Below are positions 36,683-45,032 of a stretch of DNA of 64,000 bases, in pieces. This DNA is from Chloroflexota bacterium (lineage in GTDB: Bacteria > Chloroflexota > Dehalococcoidia > Dehalococcoidales > JACQON01). The notes beneath the pieces are model-generated. The model saw only the letters and a program-made list of their open reading frames with translations. It had not been told where the DNA came from and searched no databases. The stretch spans positions 37,453 to 101,452 of the forward strand of contig JACQON010000032.1 in assembly GCA_016202545.1 (NCBI GenBank), written 5' to 3'. Position 1 is the stretch's first letter. Every line of letters begins with the position of its first letter. A program made the position numbers and the translations under genes.

Positions 36683-37891
36683 TCAGCCTTGCACAGTGCG
36701 ACCTTCAGGCATGGCGCCGATGGCGATTGGCCGGAAAGCGGGGAAGTATCCCTGCTTCACGGCGATAAGCAGGTAGCCGCCGGCGTTCTCAAAGGCGTAG
36801 TGCACTTTGCCGCTGCCGTTGCTCGTGCCCAGGAATATGCCGCGGGCGGTGGCGGCATCCTCTATGGCTGCCTGCAAGGCAGCACGCTCGGCGCCGCTCT
36901 CCCTGAGGCTGCTCAGTTGCTCTTTGAGTGTCTCGGCGTCGGTCCGGGTCAATGCCCAGACATCAGCATCCTTTACCGGTTCTTCGGTGCGCTTCTCAAG
37001 GACGGTGATGGTGATTTTTTCGCCGACATCCGCCCTTCTCGGAGCGTCCAACGCCAGAGCCTTGGGCGTCATGCCGATGGCGATTGGCTTGAGCCCTGGC
37101 AGGTATCCCCGCTTGAACGCCACCAGCAGGTAGCCGCCGGCGTTCTCAAAGGCGTAGTGCACTTTGCCGCTGCCGTTGCTCGTGCCCAGGAATATGCCGT
37201 GAATGCTGAGAGCTTCCTCGGTGGCCGCCTGCAAGGCCTCACGGTCGCCGCTCTGTTTTCTGGCGGCTATCTCGGCCCTGAGCGATTCGACATTGTCACG
37301 GGTGACGGCCCAGACGCCGGCGTCCTTGACGGCATCCTCGGTGCCTCTCTGGAAGACGGTTATGGTCACCTGTTCACCGACCTCTGCCCTCCCCGGGGCA
37401 TCAATGGCTAAGGCCGCCGGCTTGACGCCGATGGCGATTGGCCTGAAGTCAGGGAGGTAGCCTTCCTTGACGGCTACCAGCATGTACCTGCCTTCATTTT
37501 CAAAGGAGTACCCCACCTTGCCTGACCCGTCCGTCTGTCCGATGACGGTGCCATGAGCGCTGAGCAAAGCATCATAGTCCGGTTCCTCCGCGGCGGGCCG
37601 GTTGTCCTTCCTGAGCCTGGCTGCCGCTTCTTTCAGCGCCTCAACCCTGTCCGGGGCGATTGCCCACACAGTGGCGCCCTCGACCGTCTCCTGGTCCCAG
37701 CTTCTGAAAACGGTCATGGATATCTCCTGGCCGGCGGGTGCCACCCGCGGCGCCACGATGGCGAGAGCGTCCCGGACCGCTGGCTCCGAGTTTGTGGTTT
37801 CCTCTTCACCTTGCGCCACGGCCAGCAGCGGGGTTAACGCCAGGGTGAGAGACGCCATTGCTGTTGCGATTAATACTGACCACCTTTTCAT
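36683..37891 (-). CDS. Secreted protein with three ~119-aa tandem repeats
   Basis: Signal peptide AVA|Q; three ALAxxAP...VWA...GSGKVxYxFEN.G.Y.LVA.K.GY.P..PIAIG units. Confidence 0.85.
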   Translation of the reverse strand: MKRWSVLIATAMASLTLALTPLLAVAQGEEETTNSEPAVRDALAIVAPRVAPAGQEISMTVFRSWDQETVEGATVWAIAPDRVEALKEAAARLRKDNRPAAEEPDYDALLSAHGTVIGQTDGSGKVGYSFENEGRYMLVAVKEGYLPDFRPIAIGVKPAALAIDAPGRAEVGEQVTITVFQRGTEDAVKDAGVWAVTRDNVESLRAEIAARKQSGDREALQAATEEALSIHGIFLGTSNGSGKVHYAFENAGGYLLVAFKRGYLPGLKPIAIGMTPKALALDAPRRADVGEKITITVLEKRTEEPVKDADVWALTRTDAETLKEQLSSLRESGAERAALQAAIEDAATARGIFLGTSNGSGKVHYAFENAGGYLLIAVKQGYFPAFRPIAIGAMPEGRTVQG

Positions 37892-37981
37892 CTGTTGCCT
37901 CCTTACTTTTTTGACTGAGGGTAGAGCCTCATGACCTGGGCCCCTGGGTCACTTTTGGCTTCTAACTCTGCAGTCTACTTA

Positions 37982-38037
37982 AGTATAAGGCTGCGATTGT
38001 TACCCCGGTTTTACCGCTATGTAAAATCTCGGTAAAA
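37982..38037 (-). promoter_or_regulatory. Four 7-bp GTAAA-like half-sites with 11-bp periodicity plus a -10 TATACT
   Basis: TGTTACC-N4-TTTTACC-N4-TGTAAAA-N4-GGTAAAA. Confidence 0.55.
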
Positions 38038-38261
38038 AATCGAGAAAAAACCGTGGGTTTCGCGTTGCACACGAAAGCCGGGAGGCGTTGGTGGCAGGAT
38101 GTGGTGCCACAGAAATGGTCGGTGGCGCCGCTGTTATCTCAAAGTGGGCTAGTAAATAGGTTAGCTAGGGGTTAACCCTGAAGGGGACGGACTGCTGAAC
38201 GGTCTCCAGACCTCTGGAGTGGACTCTGTGACTGGCAGGCGGGATGCTGTGGCGGCTGTGG

Positions 38262-38396
38262 CTATTCCTTCTGGCAGGCGCTCTTTTTTACTGCATCATC
38301 TTTGGACAATAGCCAGATGAAGATACCCAGGCAGACCAGGAAAATACCGATTCCAATAGGCCCTGACCAGAATAGAACCAGCCATAAGTTTTCCAT
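38262..38396 (-). CDS. 44-aa single-TM small protein
   Basis: SD AAGGAGG, own promoter TTGACT-17-TATACT (38436-38464), hydrophobic N-terminus and basic tail. Confidence 0.65.
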   Translation of the reverse strand: MENLWLVLFWSGPIGIGIFLVCLGIFIWLLSKDDAVKKSACQKE

Positions 38397-38544
38397 TTTT
38401 TCCTCCTTTTGTTGGGCCTCGGAATTTACGGCCATAGTATATCGGGGGCTTGCCGTGAAGTCAAGAAAGGGTATAGAGGCAATCTTCAAGTCCGCCTCCA
38501 TAGGCCGTCCGGACCATCCTCTGCGGAGGTACGTGGAGTTGCGG

Positions 38545-38811
38545 CTATTTGCGCAGCCGTCTCATCTCGAAGACTACCGGGTTCTTCGGGTCGGGACAGA
38601 CCACGGTATTTACGTCCTGGTTTTCTTCCCAGGGGAATGACCCGCCGAACATGAGCACGCGGGCGTTAGGATATATGGCGTTATAAGCCGAGGTACACAT
38701 GCCTGCCGGCGTTTTCCCGCTCAGGAGCCACTGCTGCCCGACCTTATGCTCGTGAGTGCAGGTGCCTTGCTGGGAGACTATCTTGACCAGTATGTCATAC
38801 TTTTCTGCCAT
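38545..38811 (-). CDS. TIGR04076-like small Cys protein
   Basis: GTC..HKVG...TP.GMC..A...CPD..NPVVFE. Confidence 0.85.
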   Translation of the reverse strand: MAEKYDILVKIVSQQGTCTHEHKVGQQWLLSGKTPAGMCTSAYNAIYPNARVLMFGGSFPWEENQDVNTVVCPDPKNPVVFEMRRLRK

Positions 38812-38873
38812 GGTGCCCTCCTTCTTAACATTTTAAGATTGCTCGATTTACCCCTCCACTAAAAGGACAGTGG

Positions 38874-39143
38874 CTATTTTAGCAGTCGTCTTAGCTCAAA
38901 AACTACCGGGTTCTCCGGGTCGGGACAGACTACGGTAGCGATGTCGGGGTTGGTTTCCCAGGGAAGCGTCCCGCCGAACATGAGCACCTGGGCAGTGGGG
39001 AGGAAGGACTGGAAGGCAAATATACATATCCCCTGCGGCGTCTTGCTGCCGCTGATAACCCATTTGTCACCCACCTTATGCTCCAGGACGCATGTTCCCT
39101 TTTGGGATATTACCCTGACGGCAACATCATGTTTTTCTGGCAT
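38874..39143 (-). CDS. TIGR04076-like small Cys protein (tandem paralogue)
   Basis: Same motif set. Confidence 0.85.
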   Translation of the reverse strand: MPEKHDVAVRVISQKGTCVLEHKVGDKWVISGSKTPQGICIFAFQSFLPTAQVLMFGGTLPWETNPDIATVVCPDPENPVVFELRRLLK

Positions 39144-39186
39144 GGTTTTTCTCCTTTTGCTTTATAGCTTCAAATTTGAAGCGGTG

Positions 39187-40434
39187 TTACCTGATTGCAG
39201 TTGCCCCCACGTACTTCTGCAGCACTTCGGGGATGAGGATAGAGCCGTCGGCCTGCTGGTAGTTCTCCATGATGGCAATCATCACCCTGGGCAGGGCCAG
39301 GCCGGAGCCGTTCAGGGTGTGGACGAACTGGGCTTTGGCATCAGGGGCGGGGCGGTAGCGGATGCTGGCCCGCCGCGCCTGAAAGTCGCCGCAGTTGGAG
39401 CAGGAGCTGACCTCCAGCCACTCGGCGCAGCCGGGCGCCCACATCTCGATGTCGTAGGACTTCTGGGAGGCAAAGCCCAGGTCGGCGGTGCAAAGCTGCT
39501 TCACCCGGTACGGGATGCCCAGCTTCTGAGAGACCTCTTCAGCATCGTGCACCATCTTCTCCAACTCTTCATCGGAGGCGTCCGGCTCGGTGAACTTGTA
39601 TAGCTCCACCTTATCGAACTGGTGGCCCCGTTTGATGCCCCGCGTGTCCTTCCCCGCCGACATCTTCTCCCGGCGGAAGCAGGCGGTATAGGCGACATAA
39701 TAGAGGGGCAGCATCCCCGGCGGCAGTATCTCATCGCGGTGGAGGTTGGTCAGCGGCACCTCGGCGGTGGGGACAAACCAGAAGTCGTCCTCCACGTCAT
39801 GGTACAGGTTATCGGCGAACTTGGGCAGGTTGCCCGAGGCTACCATGCACTCCCTCTTGACCATATACGGCGGGTAGACCTCCTGGTAGCCGTGCTCGGT
39901 GGTGTGGAGTTCGAGCATGAAGGAGATGAGCGCTCTCTGCAGGCGGGCGCCCAGCCCTTTTAGCACGTAGAAGCGGCTGCCTGACAGCTTTACCCCCCGC
40001 TCGAAGTCGATGATGCCCAGGGACTCGCCCAGCTTCCAGTGGGGGACAGGCGGGAAGTCAAAGCTCCTCGGCTCCCCCAGGGAGCGTATTATTACATTGG
40101 CGTTCTCATCCTCCCCCACCGGCACCGAAGGATGGGGGATATTGGGCACCTGTAACAGCATCTCCTGGAGCTGATTGTCAAGGAGGCTGACTTCTTCGTC
40201 CAGGCTTTTTATCATGGCGCGGAGGTCTCGCCCTTCCTCGGCGGTCTCCCGGTCCGGTCTCCTTTGTTTGGCGACCTCTTTTCTTTCATGCCTCAGGCTT
40301 TCCAGCTCAATCAGCTTGTGACGGCGCTGGCCGTCAAGCTCCAGGATTTCGTCCAGCGGGGCAGCGGTGTGGCGGTTGGCGGTCGCCTGCCGCACCAGGT
40401 CAGGATTGTCGCGGATAAACTTCAGGTCGAGCAT
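39187..40434 (-). CDS. serS: Serine--tRNA ligase
   Basis: MLDLKFIR, PTAEVPL, HQFDKVE, EVSSCSN, HTLNGSGLA. Confidence 0.98.
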   Translation of the reverse strand: MLDLKFIRDNPDLVRQATANRHTAAPLDEILELDGQRRHKLIELESLRHERKEVAKQRRPDRETAEEGRDLRAMIKSLDEEVSLLDNQLQEMLLQVPNIPHPSVPVGEDENANVIIRSLGEPRSFDFPPVPHWKLGESLGIIDFERGVKLSGSRFYVLKGLGARLQRALISFMLELHTTEHGYQEVYPPYMVKRECMVASGNLPKFADNLYHDVEDDFWFVPTAEVPLTNLHRDEILPPGMLPLYYVAYTACFRREKMSAGKDTRGIKRGHQFDKVELYKFTEPDASDEELEKMVHDAEEVSQKLGIPYRVKQLCTADLGFASQKSYDIEMWAPGCAEWLEVSSCSNCGDFQARRASIRYRPAPDAKAQFVHTLNGSGLALPRVMIAIMENYQQADGSILIPEVLQKYVGATAIR

Positions 40435-40449
40435 AGATAACTGTTAACT

Positions 40450-40520
40450 CCATCCCCTGTGTCCCCTTCCCCTTAGCAAGGGGAAGGGGAATTAGTTTTA
40501 GAAGAGAGGCTTCGCCTCTT
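40450..40520. repeat. Family A hairpin core
   Basis: CCCCTTCCCCTT/AAGGGGAAGGGG and GAGGCTTCGCCTC. Confidence 0.75.
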
Positions 40521-42005
40521 TTACGGTTTCTCCTTTAGCTGCGGGAACAGGATTACCTCGCGGATGGACTGCTGGTTGGTGAGCAGCATCACCAGGCGGT
40601 CGATGCCCACCCCCAGCCCGCCGGTGGGCGGCATCCCGTACTCCAGTGCCAGCAGGAAATCCTCGTCAACGGTCTCCGCTTCGCCCTCTTTGCGGCGCTC
40701 CTTTTGTTGCTGGACAAACCGCCGTCTCTGCTCTATGGGGTCGTTGAGCTCGGTGAAGGCGTTGGCAAGCTCCATGCCGCCGGCAAAAGCCTCAAAGCGC
40801 TCCACCACACGGTCATTGTCAGGCTTGGTCTTGGCCAGGGGTGACATCGAGACCGGATAGTCGATGAGAAAGGTCGGCTGGAGCAGATGGGGTTCAACGA
40901 AGGTCGAGATGAGTTCATCCACCAGCCGCGCCCAGTTCTTCTCAGGGTCAACCTCTATCTTCATCTCCTCCATGCGAGACCGCAGCAGGTCAACTTCAGG
41001 GTACTGGACGAAATCAATGCCGCTATATTCTTTGACCGCTTCGCGCAGGTTGATACGCCGCCAGGGCGGCTTGAAGCTGATGGTGTTACCTTCAAACTCG
41101 ACTTCCTCTTTACACAGGACCTGCTGACAGACCCCGGCCACCATCTCTTCCAGCATATTCATGATATCGTTGTAATCGGCATAGGCTTCATAGCTTTCCA
41201 GCATGGTGAACTCGGGGTTGTGCCTGGTGGAAATGCCCTCGTTGCGGAAGGCGCGGCCAAGCTCATAGACCTTGTCGAAACCGCCGATGATGAGCCGCTT
41301 GAGGTGAAGCTCAAGGGCGATGCGCAGGTAGAAGTCCTGGTCGAGGGCGTGGTGGTGGGTAACAAAGGGGCGGGCCAGGGCGCCGCCGGCCGAAGGCTGG
41401 AGCGCTGGCGTCTCCACCTCCAGGAAGCCGCGCTGGTTGAGGAACTCCCGGATGGCGCTGATAACCCGGCTGCGTATCTGGAAGATGTCCCTGACTTCGG
41501 TATTGGCGATGAGGTCAAGGTAGCGCTGGCGGTACCTTTTCTCAGTATCGCTGAGGCCGTGCCACTTCTCAGGTAGAGGCTGAAGCGACTTGGCCAGCAG
41601 GGTGAAGTCCCTTACTTTGATGGTGGGTTCGCCGGTCCTGGTGCGCAGCAAGGTGCCGCTGACCCCGATGATGTCGCCGAGGTCCAGGCTGTCGAATAGC
41701 TCGCTGCGTCTGGCATCAAGCTGCTTGATGTCTTGGAACAGTAGCTGAATCTTGCCGGAGCCATCGCGGATGTCAATGAAAGCTGCCTTGCCCATGAGCC
41801 GCCGGGCGGTGATGCGCCCGGCAACGGCTGCTTCCAGTTCCTCGGCCTGGCTCAGCCCTGCCTCTTTCTGCTTGAGCAAGTCCACCGCCTGCTGCGCCGT
41901 GTGCGTACGGTGGTAGCGGTGGGGATAGGGGTTGATGCCGGAAGCCCGCAGCCGGTCAAGCTTTTCCCGCCTCTGCTGACTGATATGCTCTATTCTGGAT
42001 GTCAT
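40521..42005 (-). CDS. lysS: Lysine--tRNA ligase (class II)
   Basis: PLPEKWHGL, YRQRYLDL, FRNEG, HNPEF, YGMPPTGG. Confidence 0.98.
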   Translation of the reverse strand: MTSRIEHISQQRREKLDRLRASGINPYPHRYHRTHTAQQAVDLLKQKEAGLSQAEELEAAVAGRITARRLMGKAAFIDIRDGSGKIQLLFQDIKQLDARRSELFDSLDLGDIIGVSGTLLRTRTGEPTIKVRDFTLLAKSLQPLPEKWHGLSDTEKRYRQRYLDLIANTEVRDIFQIRSRVISAIREFLNQRGFLEVETPALQPSAGGALARPFVTHHHALDQDFYLRIALELHLKRLIIGGFDKVYELGRAFRNEGISTRHNPEFTMLESYEAYADYNDIMNMLEEMVAGVCQQVLCKEEVEFEGNTISFKPPWRRINLREAVKEYSGIDFVQYPEVDLLRSRMEEMKIEVDPEKNWARLVDELISTFVEPHLLQPTFLIDYPVSMSPLAKTKPDNDRVVERFEAFAGGMELANAFTELNDPIEQRRRFVQQQKERRKEGEAETVDEDFLLALEYGMPPTGGLGVGIDRLVMLLTNQQSIREVILFPQLKEKP

Positions 42006-42787
42006 CTTTGTCTCAGGGTTGCCTGCTCTGTTTGCTTGCGCAGGGCGTCAAGCCAGCGGGCCGACTTTATTTCCCGTTCCGAAAAGTACCTGATGTATTG
42101 CCGCATCGCCTGCTCCAGCTCACCGGCGAGCGCCGGGCCTATGTCCAGCCTGCTGGCGGCGTCATAGTCATTGTCCTGCAGTAATCGTAGCACTTCCTGG
42201 GCGGCGATGGAAAGGGGGTAGGTGGGGTAGCGGCCCCGGCTGCAACCGGCGCACAGAATCCCGCCGGAGCTGGAGCAAAAGGAGTTGACCGCTGGCTTAA
42301 GCGGCTGGCTGCAGGAGACGCACCGGTGGAGTTGAGGCCGGTAGCCGACGTGGTCAAGCAGGTGAAGCTCAAAATAGCGCAGCGCCACCTCGCCGTCAGC
42401 CGCTTGACATAACCTGTGCAAGGTATTAAGCAGAAGGTGGAACAGGGGGCTATTTTTGATGCTGTCGGCGGCGAAGTGGTTGACCAACTCAGTGGCATAA
42501 AGGGCGCAGGCACCGGACTTGAGGTCGCTTTTCAGCGGCAGGAAGCTATTTATAGTCTGGCTGCCGGTTATAGTGTCCAGGTTTCGGCCGTGGGCGAGTG
42601 ATACCAGGCTGTGAGTGAGCAACTCCAGGTGCCCGGCCATCTTGCTCTTTGGCCGCCTCACCCCTTTGGCTACCGCCTGAATCTTGCCCAGGTGGGGAGT
42701 ATAAAGGGTGAGGATTCTATCCGCTTCACCCAGTTTGGTTTTCTTGATAATGATGGCTTCCGTCTGGTAAGTTCTGGGCGTGGACAT
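42002..42787 (-). CDS. recO: DNA repair protein RecO
   Basis: GEADRILTLYT, AKGVRRPKS, CxxC...C..CxxC. Confidence 0.95.
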   Translation of the reverse strand: MSTPRTYQTEAIIIKKTKLGEADRILTLYTPHLGKIQAVAKGVRRPKSKMAGHLELLTHSLVSLAHGRNLDTITGSQTINSFLPLKSDLKSGACALYATELVNHFAADSIKNSPLFHLLLNTLHRLCQAADGEVALRYFELHLLDHVGYRPQLHRCVSCSQPLKPAVNSFCSSSGGILCAGCSRGRYPTYPLSIAAQEVLRLLQDNDYDAASRLDIGPALAGELEQAMRQYIRYFSEREIKSARWLDALRKQTEQATLRQR

Positions 42788-42792
42788 TTCGA

Positions 42793-43335
42793 CTACTTCT
42801 CTGCGACAAATATCAGCTTGTTGGGCTTCCCAAAGCCTCTCTGTATCAAAATATCCCTCTCTTTTAAGAGGCAGGCCCTGTTATGCGCCATGGCTTTATC
42901 GAATTCCCCATTTTGCCACGCCTTCATACATAAGAATCCCTTATCATAAAAAGGGTCGTCATAGTTAGGGATGCCCATCTCGCTGCACGCATTTGCCTTG
43001 GATTCACGGCCTTGCTGGAGTTCTCCCCCAAAATCGACCCTCCTGCCGAGCTCGTAAAAGAGCACGCTTCTCTCAAATTCGCTATTGAATGCGTAAAGGG
43101 GCCTTTCCAGGCTGTCGATAAGAGCCTTTGTTTTTTCCTTCAGCTCCTCAATCGCGTCTTCCCCCCTGGCGCAGAATATGCGGCAGCCGTGTTTGTGGAT
43201 AAATCCCAGAATGACTAGCTGGATACTTTTATATCGCCTTGAATCAGGGTAGTTGCAGAATTCCCCGATAGTCTCGATATCAATAATCGTTCCTTCAAAA
43301 TCTGAACTCACGTCTTCTTTGTGCTCTATTATCAC
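42793..43335 (-). CDS. RNase H-like (DEDD/YprB-type) fold protein
   Basis: IIDIET, AFN..FE, HNRAC where HNxxD is expected. Confidence 0.65.
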   Translation of the reverse strand: MIIEHKEDVSSDFEGTIIDIETIGEFCNYPDSRRYKSIQLVILGFIHKHGCRIFCARGEDAIEELKEKTKALIDSLERPLYAFNSEFERSVLFYELGRRVDFGGELQQGRESKANACSEMGIPNYDDPFYDKGFLCMKAWQNGEFDKAMAHNRACLLKERDILIQRGFGKPNKLIFVAEK

Positions 43336-43344
43336 TTAAGCTTA

Positions 43345-43427
43345 ACCTCTCCCCCTGTATCCCCCTCTCCTTGAAAGGAGAGGGGGAAGGAATTTAGAGG
43401 GGGGCTTCGCCCCTCTTAAACACCCTC
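43345..43427. repeat. Family A hairpin core
   Basis: CCCCCTCTCCTT/AAGGAGAGGGGG and GGGGCTTCGCCCC. Confidence 0.78.
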
Positions 43428-43443
43428 TTTTCTGAACGCGCTA

Positions 43444-44070
43444 TTAGTCGCTATGTTGACCATATTTTCTCATGAAGAGATTTACACTCTCTAACATTAT
43501 GGATATTCGATTCTTATCGCTTACTTCTTCCCATTCACCATGAGCAGCATAGTTTCGAAGACCACTCCATGATGTAATATCCTTGGCGTCTTGTTTTGTA
43601 ATTAAATCTGCCTCTCTCAAAACTTTTGTATAGGAATCCAGACTTGGCTTTCTACCCCCAAGAGCTAAACCAGCTTCTTCAATCCAATTTCTCAGAAATT
43701 CCTCAAGTGCCGCTCCAATGATAACAGCGGGTGCTGCGGGATGTACTTCCTTAGAACTTAGTAAAGTATTTGCTTGGTCAAGGAAGTCAGAAACAACGTC
43801 TATCTGAGCCTTCCGCTCAATTGAGATACCTTCAAGAAGTCCTTTCTCCGCATACCTAATAAATGCACCTAAGTTGCTGACAACATATGCCATAATGTAC
43901 TCATCAGACCAAGACTGCTTAACTTGGCTTAGGTTTTGGAAGAAAGCACTTTTTTCTCCTGCGTAGACCCTAAGGAACTCCATAACTTCAGAAAGTGCTC
44001 CAGCCGCTGAGCTTTTCTTACCACTTTCAATAAGTCTTCTAGCGTGCCTTATTAAATCATCAGTATCCAC
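43444..44070 (-). CDS. HEPN (DUF4145-like) domain protein
   Basis: AAVIIGAALEEFLR-like helix and RNYAAH (R-x4-H); AT-rich. Confidence 0.75.
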   Translation of the reverse strand: MDTDDLIRHARRLIESGKKSSAAGALSEVMEFLRVYAGEKSAFFQNLSQVKQSWSDEYIMAYVVSNLGAFIRYAEKGLLEGISIERKAQIDVVSDFLDQANTLLSSKEVHPAAPAVIIGAALEEFLRNWIEEAGLALGGRKPSLDSYTKVLREADLITKQDAKDITSWSGLRNYAAHGEWEEVSDKNRISIMLESVNLFMRKYGQHSD

Positions 44071-44102
44071 GTTTCATTACCTCTTATAGTGAGCATGACA
44101 TG

Positions 44103-44714
44103 CTAAAACTGCTGTCTCCCCTCAATTGCCCTGGTCAGGGTGACATCGTCGGCATATTCCAGCTCGGTGCCGAAGGGCAGCCCCCGTGCCAGGCGGGTGA
44201 CCTGGATGCCCATGGGTGAAATCAGGCGGCTGAGGTACATCGCCGTCTGCTCCCCCTCAAAATTAGGGTTGGTGGCCATGATAACCTCCTCCACCGGGCT
44301 GTCCCGCAGCCGCTCCAGTAGCTCCTTGCCCCTTATATCCTCAGCGCCTACGCCTTCGGTCGGTGATATGGCGCCGTGGAGCACATGGTACAGCCCCCGG
44401 TAGGTGCCGGTGTGCTCCAGGGCGAGGATGTCCTGGGGTTGCTCTACGATGCAAACCCGGCTGTGGTCGCGCTGGCCGTTGCTGCAAATGGCGCAGGGGT
44501 CGGTCTCGGTGACGTTAAAGCAGACGGAGCACAGCCTGGTCTTGTCCTTCAGCGAAAGGATGGCTTCAGCCAGCAGCCTGGCCTGCTCTTCATGAGCGCG
44601 GAGCAGGTAGTAGGCAATCCGCTGGGCGCTCTTCGGCCCGATGCCTGGCAGCTTGTTGAGCTCCTGAATCAGGGTATTTATGGCTCCGGTGGCGGGAACT
44701 TGGCCCTTGTTCAA
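44103..44714 (-). CDS. recR: Recombination mediator RecR
   Basis: [12 protein letters not shown]4 zinc finger, YHVLHG, ATNP, LEYAD. Confidence 0.97.
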   Translation of the reverse strand: MNKGQVPATGAINTLIQELNKLPGIGPKSAQRIAYYLLRAHEEQARLLAEAILSLKDKTRLCSVCFNVTETDPCAICSNGQRDHSRVCIVEQPQDILALEHTGTYRGLYHVLHGAISPTEGVGAEDIRGKELLERLRDSPVEEVIMATNPNFEGEQTAMYLSRLISPMGIQVTRLARGLPFGTELEYADDVTLTRAIEGRQQF

Positions 44715-44726
44715 GATAGCCTCCGT

Positions 44727-45032
44727 TTAGGTCAGCCCCGGAATCTTAAGGCCGCCGGTCAGCCCCTTTAGCTGCTTGGCGGAAAGCTTCTGGGACTTCT
44801 CGATGGCTTCGTTTATCGCCGTCAGCACCAGCTTTTCCAGTGTTTCCGGCTCATCGGGGTCTATCACCTTGGACGATATCTTTATCGAGAGTACCTTTTG
44901 CTGGCCGTTGATGGTGGCCTTGACCGCGCCTTTGCCTGTGTCGGCTTCTATGATAGTGTTGCTCAGCTCCTTTTGCACCTTGTCCAGTTTTGATTTGAGC
45001 TCCTGGGCTTGCTTCAGCATAGATAGGTTCAT
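44727..45032 (-). CDS. ybaB: YbaB/EbfC nucleoid-associated protein
   Basis: MLKQAQ...G.V..ING...LE..V..AIN.A; position between dnaX and recR. Confidence 0.93.
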   Translation of the reverse strand: MNLSMLKQAQELKSKLDKVQKELSNTIIEADTGKGAVKATINGQQKVLSIKISSKVIDPDEPETLEKLVLTAINEAIEKSQKLSAKQLKGLTGGLKIPGLT

